Shown here one piece after another: positions 57,030-64,000 of a DNA stretch of 64,000 nucleotides (its first letter is position 1; every line of letters begins with the position of its first letter). This stretch comes from Candidatus Aminicenantes bacterium (GTDB taxonomy: Bacteria; Acidobacteriota; Aminicenantia; UBA2199), in the NCBI GenBank assembly GCA_011049425.1, contig DSBM01000125.1, positions 1,553 through 65,552 of the forward strand, read 5' to 3'. The notes beneath the pieces were generated by a model. That model searched no databases. It was given only the letters and a program-made list of their open reading frames with translations, and was not told the DNA's origin. The translations under genes and the position numbers were made by a program.

Positions 57030-58013
57030 TTACATGGGCGGTGCTTCGTTCTCTTGCATGAGGCCATGCTTGTGCATCAGGTTAAACAAATGGGTGCGAC
57101 TGATGCGCAGGCTGGCTGCGGCCCGGCCCCGGCTCCAGCGGAATTGCTGCAATGTGCGCAACACAATGGAGCGCTCAAATGCGTTGCGTTGTTCCTTCAG
57201 GCCCGGAACAGAACAACTGATTTTGTATCCATCTTCTTCAAAATTGGGATAAAACGTAACCAAGCGCTTGATGCGGGCCTCCAACTGGCGCACATTTCCG
57301 GGCCAATCTTGTCTGTAAAGATGGGACATAAAGCTGTTAAACGCCTGCTCGTCGATGTGGTTCAAGCCCAGCCGCTTCAGCAAATGCCGCGTCAGCAAGG
57401 GGATATCTTCCAGACGTTCCCGCAAAGGGGGAACCCGAACCTGCAGGTCCTGAATGCGATAGAACAGGTCCTTTCGAAAAGCACCCCGGCGGATCATGCA
57501 GGGAAGATCCTGGTGGGTGGCCGATACCAGGCGAACATCAACAGTGCGAGGCTCATTTTCACCCAGGCGGCGGATCTCTCCCTCCTGCAACACCCGCAGC
57601 AGTTTGGCCTGCAAAGGAATGGACAGGTCGCCGATCTCATCCAGAAACAGAGTGCCGCCGCGGGCGGATTCGATCAGTCCCCGGCGCTCTCGCGCGGCGC
57701 CCGTAAAGGCTCCCCGCGAATGGCCGAATAATTCAGCCTCCATTAGAGTTTCGGGCAGGGCCGCACAGTTTACCGCCACGAAAAGGTTGGATGCACACCG
57801 GCTCAACTCGTGAACAGCCCGTGCGACCAACTCTTTGCCGGTGCCACTCTCGCCGACAATCAACAATGAGAAATCAACCCGGCCGAAACGCTGAATGCGG
57901 CGTTTCAACTGCTGGATCGCCGGGGAACAACCCACAATCCGCGCCAGCGGATCCGATCCATTGCCACCGTCCCGGCGGGGTCCGCATCCGGCCCTTTCCA
58001 ATCGATTCTGCAT
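57030..58013 (-). CDS. sigma54 enhancer-binding protein with no N-terminal sensory domain
   Basis: IVGCS, GESGTGKE, GAFTGA, FLDEIGD, WPGNVRQL, Fis HTH; start 58013 supported by the SD and upstream sigma54 promoter. Confidence 0.85.
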   Translation of the reverse strand: MQNRLERAGCGPRRDGGNGSDPLARIVGCSPAIQQLKRRIQRFGRVDFSLLIVGESGTGKELVARAVHELSRCASNLFVAVNCAALPETLMEAELFGHSRGAFTGAARERRGLIESARGGTLFLDEIGDLSIPLQAKLLRVLQEGEIRRLGENEPRTVDVRLVSATHQDLPCMIRRGAFRKDLFYRIQDLQVRVPPLRERLEDIPLLTRHLLKRLGLNHIDEQAFNSFMSHLYRQDWPGNVRQLEARIKRLVTFYPNFEEDGYKISCSVPGLKEQRNAFERSIVLRTLQQFRWSRGRAAASLRISRTHLFNLMHKHGLMQENEAPPM

Positions 58014-58034
58014 CCTTCCCCTCACAATCAGGCG

Positions 58035-58051
58035 AGCAATCTGCATACCAA
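58035..58051 (-). promoter_or_regulatory. sigma54 (-24/-12) promoter
   Basis: Minus strand TTGGTATGCAGATTGCT (GG-N10-GC), 21 nt upstream of ATG 58013. Confidence 0.65.
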
Positions 58052-58364
58052 AACCAAAAACCCGGAAATTGGCTTGGCAATACGTCTGGAATGGAGATTC
58101 CACAAGAGCGCGAAATGGGGGAAACGGAAACTTCCTGGAAACAGCCAGAGTTTTTCTTGCCCACATGGGGTATTTCCAAATTTGTGCAGGCTGAGTTGCG
58201 ATACGTTTCCAATCGGACGCCCGCTTAAAAAACGCCTTCGCCTCTAAATCCGCAACCCCCGCTTGATCACGTTGCCGGTGTGTGCTATGAGAAAGTCGAT
58301 CCAATCACGATTCGGGCGGCAAGGGGCGAGATACGGACAAAGTGCAAGCCCGAAAGGAGTGGGT

Positions 58365-59154
58365 ATGACTGAAGGCAGGATCCTGAATCGCTGGATGGTT
58401 GTGGCGGGAGCTGTGTTGATTCAACTCTGTCTGGGGGCCATTTACGCCTGGAGTGTTTTTACCAAACCCCTGGTGGAAGCCCCGGGGCTGGTCCCCTCCG
58501 CAATTGCATCAATCTCAAATCGGTATTGATAGAGAGTTCTCAAGCCGCAGCATGCTGCGCACCCCCCAATACTACATGATCCTGTTGACCTTTGTGTTCG
58601 GGGCCGGGGCGGGTCTGATGAGCATTGGTTTGATGAAGCTCTTTCCCATGGTGGCCCTCACCGCCCGGGGTATGGATCTGGCCTCGGCAAGCGCCGTCGC
58701 CGGTACCGCCATGGCGGTTTTTTTCTCTCTGGCCAACGGCCTGGGACGTATCGTTTGGGGCGCCATCTGTGAAAAACTGGGGGTCAGGGCTTCCATGACC
58801 ACCATGATGGCCGCCCAGGGCATCATGGTCCTGGCCTTCCCGCTCATGGCCGGCAGCAAAATACTGTTGTATGCGGGAGCGGCCATGATCGGATTCAACT
58901 TCGGTAGGAATTTTGCACTGCTCCCCATGATTACCGCTGAAACCTTCGGCACCCGCTCGGTGGGACAGAACTACGGGTGGGTTTTCCTGGCCTACGGCAT
59001 CGGCGGAATCGCCGGTCCCATTATGGGCGGGAAACTCGGCGACCTGGGCAACTTCCCCTTCGCCTTCAGCATTTGCGGTATTCTCTGCCTGCTGGCGGCG
59101 GTTATCATTTCCCGGGTGCGACCGCCTGTACGCACAGAGATGACGAGCGCTTGA
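58365..59154 (+). pseudogene. OFA-family MFS transporter with internal deletion and frameshift
   Basis: Frame A gives TM1 (NRWMVVAGAVLIQLCLGAIYAWSVF) and stops at 58529; frame B resumes at the central linker (GWSPP...MLRTPQYY) and gives the C-terminal half; TM2-6 are absent. Confidence 0.8.
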
Positions 59155-59292
59155 CATGCCGGCTAGAGAAATACTTTGCCTGAAACCGCTTTTTCGCAAA
59201 CACCCGGCTTCTTTCGTGCTGCAACCCACACCAAACGCGGGAGAACCAAAAATTTAAAAGGGTTGACGCCGCGATGGTGGCCGGATCAGCGA

Positions 59293-62200
59293 TCAGCCGG
59301 TACGTTCCCGGACTTCCTCGAACAGTTTGGCCACGTCGCGATAATCGGGATCGATGGCCATCATCTCGCCCAGAATCTTTAAGGCAGTGGGCAAATCTTC
59401 GCCCAAGCGATAACATAAAACAAGTTCATAGCGGATGGCCATGTACTCCCCCTGGCTGCGTCCCCCTACATCCAGAGCTTTCTGCAACCAGGTAATCGCC
59501 TCGGAAAACATGCCTTTCTCGCGAAAACACAACCCCAGTAAGCCTGCGGAATCAAAAAACTTCTCGGGATGCTTTGCCGAGATCAGAAACTCATGGATGG
59601 CCTCTTCCAGCAATCCCATCTCCTTGTAGGCAATCCCAAGATTGTAACGGGTGTCAAAGTCGCCTTCCCCGATCTTTTCATCCACACCCTTCTTGAACTC
59701 CCGGAAGATCTCCATCATGTTCTTTTCCGTGGTGGAAGTTCGCTGACGTTCGATCTCTTTCATCCACGCCTCGATCACTTCCCGCTCCACGGCGACGGAA
59801 TTTTCCGTCTCCAGGAACTCCTCCACGTCCATCATGAGGTCGCCATCGCTCAACAAGGTTTCGTCGCTGTCAAATGGAGAAGCTTCTTTTCCCAGATCGC
59901 CGAACGGGGATTCCGCTTCCGCACCGGTTTCTTCAGGGATCATGATGTCGTCGATGTCCAACAGATTATCAACGGAAGACTGCATGCGTTCTTCTTTGAA
60001 AGCCCCTGAACTATCCGGACCCACAATCAGGTTTTCGCGATCAACGTCTTGGGCCGGCAAATCCCGGCCTTCAACCGGTTCTTCCAGGTCAATTTCAAAA
60101 GAGATGCTTTCCATTTCCTCAAATCCCGGACTCGCCGTTACTTTTTCTTCAGCGGACATGTCAATCCCTGTTTCACTCAGGGGCATCTCCCGCGAATCCT
60201 CATCTTCCTGCCGGGTTAAGGATTCATCGGAGATGGACGACTGGATATTGAACAGGTCGAAATCTTCTCTGCTTTGCTTTTCTTTATTTGGGACGGATTG
60301 TGGTTGCGCGTCTTCCAGATTATCAAGATCCAGGAAAAGATCTTCGATAGACTCTTGAGAGGGTTGTGAAACCGGGGGTGGCGGTGTTTGTTCTTTTTTG
60401 TCGGAGGTCAGCTTGTGCGACTCGATTTCAAAACCACCGAGATCGATATCCAGTTCCAGGGATTCTTCATCTACTTTGACGAGCTGTTCCTCCACGGGGA
60501 TCGATTCAGTCACCATCTCTTTCTCCCGGGCACCCGTATCCTCAGGCAATGTGCCGGGAAGGAAAGATTCGTCCTGCTTGAGTTGCTCCAGCCGTCGCAA
60601 CCGTTCTTTTACTTCGGGATGATCCGGGATCTGGCGCCGCAAAGCATTGAGCATCTGGCGGGCATTGTCCAGGCGGCCGTTCTCCAGCAAACCATCCAAT
60701 TCCGCCAGCATTTGCGCCAACGCGGATTCAGGAATGGCTTCCCCGTCTGTCTCCGAACCTTGTGTTTTGTCTGTCGCCATTCCATCTTCATCGGTTAACA
60801 GAAACACATCGTCTTCATGACTTTCTTCTTCCTGGGGAAAATCGATCTCATGCAACCGGCCGGTATTCAACTCCTCGATTTGCTCATTCAACTCATCCTG
60901 CGTAAAATCGATCTCGATATTGGTTTTTTCGTTCAGTGTGTATTCCAAAAGCCGCGGATCATTGGGTTTCAACAGGGACAGGGTCTCCAGAAGGCGATTG
61001 AATTCCGGGACGTTGTTGCTGCTCCTGTAGATCTCCAGCAACTCAATACCCTCATCAACAAGCAATTCGAGCTGATTAAGCATTTGATATACATCAAACG
61101 CCTTGAGACGGATTTCAATGTTCTGGGGAAAAGTCTCTTTGGTTTTCTGCAGAATGCCGATGGCTTTGGTGGAATCCCCTTCACTGATGGCTTCATCCAC
61201 CACCTTCATGTTGAAACGGATGAATTGGCTTTGCTGTTTCTCTTCATCACTCATTTCCCGCGAAGATGATGAAGAGTCCGAACGCTTACCCCGCAAGCGG
61301 GCCAGGTGTTCTTCGTAAGTAAACGAGGAATCCGACAACCGGATCAACTCTTCCAGTATATTTTCCAACTCGGCTTTCATTTCCTCTTCTTCGTAGATCG
61401 GGATCAGGGACTCATACAACGCAATCAGGTTGCTTTTCTTGCCGCTGGCCTTGAAAATGGATGCCAGCTTCAACAATGCGGGGATGTGGCTGGAATTGGA
61501 AGCAATAATGAAACGCAACAGAGACGTGGCCTCTTCAAAACGCTGCGCTTCAATGGCCTGATCAATAATGGGCAGGAACAATTGAAACGTTTTGTCGTAC
61601 TCCCGGCGTTGCAGATAGACCTTACCCAACTTGAGAATGACTTCTTTTTCCTCTGGATTGATCTCGGTGATTTTCTGAAAGATCTTTTCCGCTTCGTCCA
61701 GGCGATTGCTGCGGAAATACAGTTCCCCCAACAGCTTCAGCAGGGAACTGCTCTTGAACAGCGTTGATCCCAGAGAGGTCAGCAATTCGATTGCTTTCTG
61801 TTCCTGCTCCTGGTTGGTATAGCAGTTGACCAGTTTTTCCACCAGTTTGGGATTCTGGGTCTTTTTCAAGACTTCCCGCAACACCTCTTCAGCCCGGTCA
61901 AAATCCTTTTTTGTAATCAACCGATCAGCGGCAATCACATATTCCGTTACCGCGCTGTCTTCTTCCCCCTCCCGCAAATAGTGATCCGCCAGCAACAGTC
62001 GCATTTTGAGATTGTTGCGGTCAAACTCCAGGATGCGCTTGTACATATCCAGCGCGCGCTTGTGGTTGTTTTTGCGCTTACTCTCCTCTGCCAGGTCCAG
62101 GTAGATCTGCTTGGCCTCGATCACCAGCCCCTGCTTGGTATAAAGGTCGGCCAATTTGAAATAGACGTCCTCGTAATTGGGACTCACCCGGGTAATGCGC

Positions 62201-62451
62201 TTGTACATGGCGATGGCTTTGGAAAAGAATCCTTCCTTGAGGTAGTAATCCGCAATCCATTCAAAATGCTCCACCGCGGAATTGACGTCGTGCTGTTTTA
62301 AAAAGAGATCACCCAGGATGCGACGGGTTTCCAAATCGTCCGGTTTCAGTTCCAAAAGCCGCCGATATTGCTTGATGGCGGCATCAATCTTGCCCTGCCC
62401 AAGGCATTTCTGCGCGCTTCTTTGCAAGGTCAAACGCTTTTCTACTGCCAT
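59293..62451 (-). CDS. Large TPR protein (SgmX/FimV-like architecture)
   Basis: About 10 N-terminal TPR-like repeats, long acidic linker, C-terminal FKKGV...TRYNLGIAYKEMGLLEEAI TPR module. Confidence 0.75.
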   Translation of the reverse strand: MAVEKRLTLQRSAQKCLGQGKIDAAIKQYRRLLELKPDDLETRRILGDLFLKQHDVNSAVEHFEWIADYYLKEGFFSKAIAMYKRITRVSPNYEDVYFKLADLYTKQGLVIEAKQIYLDLAEESKRKNNHKRALDMYKRILEFDRNNLKMRLLLADHYLREGEEDSAVTEYVIAADRLITKKDFDRAEEVLREVLKKTQNPKLVEKLVNCYTNQEQEQKAIELLTSLGSTLFKSSSLLKLLGELYFRSNRLDEAEKIFQKITEINPEEKEVILKLGKVYLQRREYDKTFQLFLPIIDQAIEAQRFEEATSLLRFIIASNSSHIPALLKLASIFKASGKKSNLIALYESLIPIYEEEEMKAELENILEELIRLSDSSFTYEEHLARLRGKRSDSSSSSREMSDEEKQQSQFIRFNMKVVDEAISEGDSTKAIGILQKTKETFPQNIEIRLKAFDVYQMLNQLELLVDEGIELLEIYRSSNNVPEFNRLLETLSLLKPNDPRLLEYTLNEKTNIEIDFTQDELNEQIEELNTGRLHEIDFPQEEESHEDDVFLLTDEDGMATDKTQGSETDGEAIPESALAQMLAELDGLLENGRLDNARQMLNALRRQIPDHPEVKERLRRLEQLKQDESFLPGTLPEDTGAREKEMVTESIPVEEQLVKVDEESLELDIDLGGFEIESHKLTSDKKEQTPPPPVSQPSQESIEDLFLDLDNLEDAQPQSVPNKEKQSREDFDLFNIQSSISDESLTRQEDEDSREMPLSETGIDMSAEEKVTASPGFEEMESISFEIDLEEPVEGRDLPAQDVDRENLIVGPDSSGAFKEERMQSSVDNLLDIDDIMIPEETGAEAESPFGDLGKEASPFDSDETLLSDGDLMMDVEEFLETENSVAVEREVIEAWMKEIERQRTSTTEKNMMEIFREFKKGVDEKIGEGDFDTRYNLGIAYKEMGLLEEAIHEFLISAKHPEKFFDSAGLLGLCFREKGMFSEAITWLQKALDVGGRSQGEYMAIRYELVLCYRLGEDLPTALKILGEMMAIDPDYRDVAKLFEEVRERTG

Positions 62452-63041
62452 AGGACCTTCCTGAAACTGCGGCGATGGAATGGTGTAGTCCCATGGTGCT
62501 TTAAGGCGAGTATATGTCGGACGCTGGGATATCCCTTATTGGCACTCAGTTCATATTCAGGGAACCAGCCTGCCATCCGGATCATCAAGTCGTCCCGGAA
62601 CACCTTGGCGATAATGGATGCCGCCGCCACGGACAGACTACAATCATCCCCATGGAGAATGCCGGCTCCCCGAACCGGCAAAAAATCGGGCTTCATGCCA
62701 TCTATTAGAACATAATCAGGGGGGATTTGCAATCCGGCAACGGCTCGTGCCATGGCTACCCGCGTGGCCTGCAGAATGTTGATGCGGTCAATGGCGTCAT
62801 TCCAACACCAGCCGATGGACCACGCCCTGGCAATCGCGTAAATCACCGTCGCCAACTCAACGCGTCGGCGGGCGGAAAGACGTTTGGAGTCCCGGATACG
62901 AAAATCCAGGTTCAAGGGATCAAGGATTACCGCCCCCGCTACCACAGGTCCAAAAAGAGCTCCGCGGCCGACCTCATCTACACCGCAGATAAAACGACAC
63001 CCCTGATCCAATTGTTCCCTTTCCAGGGAAAAATCGGTCAT
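62442..63041 (-). CDS. rnhB: Ribonuclease HII
   Basis: GVDEVGRG, DSKRL, NILQAT, LIDG, AAASIIAKV.RD, NKGY, HRRSF. Confidence 0.96.
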   Translation of the reverse strand: MTDFSLEREQLDQGCRFICGVDEVGRGALFGPVVAGAVILDPLNLDFRIRDSKRLSARRRVELATVIYAIARAWSIGWCWNDAIDRINILQATRVAMARAVAGLQIPPDYVLIDGMKPDFLPVRGAGILHGDDCSLSVAAASIIAKVFRDDLMIRMAGWFPEYELSANKGYPSVRHILALKHHGTTPFHRRSFRKVLWQ

Positions 63042-63496
63042 TACCGCAGTTCTTTCAATCTTGCCGCACGCCCGCGCCGACTGCGCAGGAAATAGAGCTT
63101 GGCCCTGCGGATCCGTGAATGACGGTTCACCTTGATCGTCTGCACCAGCTTGGAGTTCAAAGGAAAGATACGTTCCACGGAGACGCCGAATGAAGTTTTG
63201 CGAACCGTGACCGTGCGGGAGATGCCTCGGTTGTTCTGGGCGATCACCGTTCCCTCGAACACCTGGATCCGCTCCTTGCCCCCCTCAATCACGCGATAGT
63301 GGACGGCCACGATATCGCCGGTGCGAATCCGGGGAAGATCATCCCGAGGCGTCTGGTATTCGTACAAATCATGAGATGAAAACACCCGCGGTTCCTTTTG
63401 ATCTGCCTGGGAAGGTTCGGCTCCGTTCCCGGAAGCTTCCCGGACTTCCCCTGTATGATCAGTATTCTGTTCTTCTTTGCCTTTATCTTCCGACAT
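63041..63496 (-). CDS. rplS: 50S ribosomal protein L19 with N-terminal extension
   Basis: GDIVAVHYRVIEG.KERIQVFEG, TVRK.SFGVSVERIFP, RRAKLYFLR; SD GAGGAG. Confidence 0.96.
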   Translation of the reverse strand: MSEDKGKEEQNTDHTGEVREASGNGAEPSQADQKEPRVFSSHDLYEYQTPRDDLPRIRTGDIVAVHYRVIEGGKERIQVFEGTVIAQNNRGISRTVTVRKTSFGVSVERIFPLNSKLVQTIKVNRHSRIRRAKLYFLRSRRGRAARLKELR

Positions 63497-63549
63497 ATTC
63501 ACTCCTCAATCCGGCCTGTTTTCGGGGATGTGATACCCAACGGAATCCC

Positions 63550-63578
63550 ATTGTACTATTTTTTGCTTTCCAGTTCAA
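63550..63578 (-). promoter_or_regulatory. sigma70 promoter for rplS-rnhB
   Basis: TTGAAC-17 nt-TACAAT. Confidence 0.6.
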
Positions 63579-63593
63579 TAGAGGACGGCTTGA

Positions 63594-63622
63594 TTGACGC
63601 ATGCGCACGATTCTGCTATACA
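63594..63622 (+). promoter_or_regulatory. sigma70 promoter, probably leaderless, for the S41 protease
   Basis: TTGACG-17 nt-TATACA with extended TG, then 6 nt, then ATG 63629. Confidence 0.6.
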
Positions 63623-63628
63623 ACTCCC

Positions 63629-64000
63629 ATGAAACGGACCGTTATCGGCCTGTTGCTGCTGGCAGCCTGTTTTTCTCTTTTTTCCTCTGATCCAGGGGAG
63701 TGGGAACAAGGAATCCGCACCTGCACGGCCATTCTTGAGCAGATACGGGCGTACCACCCTGAGCCTGTTGATGAAACGGAACTGGTCCATGCATCTTTAC
63801 ACGGATTGTTGGCAAAACTGGATCCTCATTCCTACTTCCTGGATGCGGATTCATTTCGCGCCATGTTCGAAGACCAACGGGGAAATTATTTCGGAATCGG
63901 GACCCGCATCCGTCGTATTGGGGGCCACCTGACGGTAATCGCCCCGATTGAGGGTACCCCGGCTTTTCGCCTGGGCATTCTTCCCGGAGACGTAATCGCC
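63629..64000 (+). CDS. S41 C-terminal processing protease (partial, runs off window)
   Basis: Translated by hand: MKRTVIGLLLL...LAKLDPHSYFLD...GNYFGIGTRI...VIAPIEGTPAFRLGILPGDVI (CtpA N-domain and PDZ). Confidence 0.88.
   Translation, partial: MKRTVIGLLLLAACFSLFSSDPGEWEQGIRTCTAILEQIRAYHPEPVDETELVHASLHGLLAKLDPHSYFLDADSFRAMFEDQRGNYFGIGTRIRRIGGHLTVIAPIEGTPAFRLGILPGDVIA

Overview
A gene-dense, GC-rich bacterial chromosome segment, mostly housekeeping. The gene repertoire suggests an anaerobic diderm such as Acidobacteriota/Ca. Aminicenantia, but that is inference. Recognisable content: a CCA-adding-type nucleotidyltransferase, a beta-CASP RNase, pilT, alaS, nnr-tsaE, an arginine synthetase (ArcE-like) plus carbamate kinase pair, a GH13 enzyme, pth, an S46 peptidase, tRNA-His, the gcvT-H-PA-PB-glyQ-glyS-radA operon, HU, serS coupled to a T2SS/T4P-like operon, an SgmX-like TPR protein, rnhB, rplS and a partial S41 protease. 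No CRISPR array, integrase, transposase or prophage was seen. Most notable: (1) a stand-alone SelB C-terminal (SECIS-binding) protein with no GTPase domain, directly behind tRNA-His; (2) a sigma54-wired block (50.6-58.1 kb) with a sensor-less activator under its own sigma54 promoter, an exported helical protein, an ABC permease and an ABC ATPase whose catalytic motifs are all degenerate; (3) a 180-bp palindromic ERIC/MITE-like element, plus a 41-bp derivative, whose ends supply stop codons; (4) a deiminase-independent arginine pathway; (5) four apparently leaderless genes; (6) two large orphan proteins. All protein calls come from motif recognition by eye; no database search was run.
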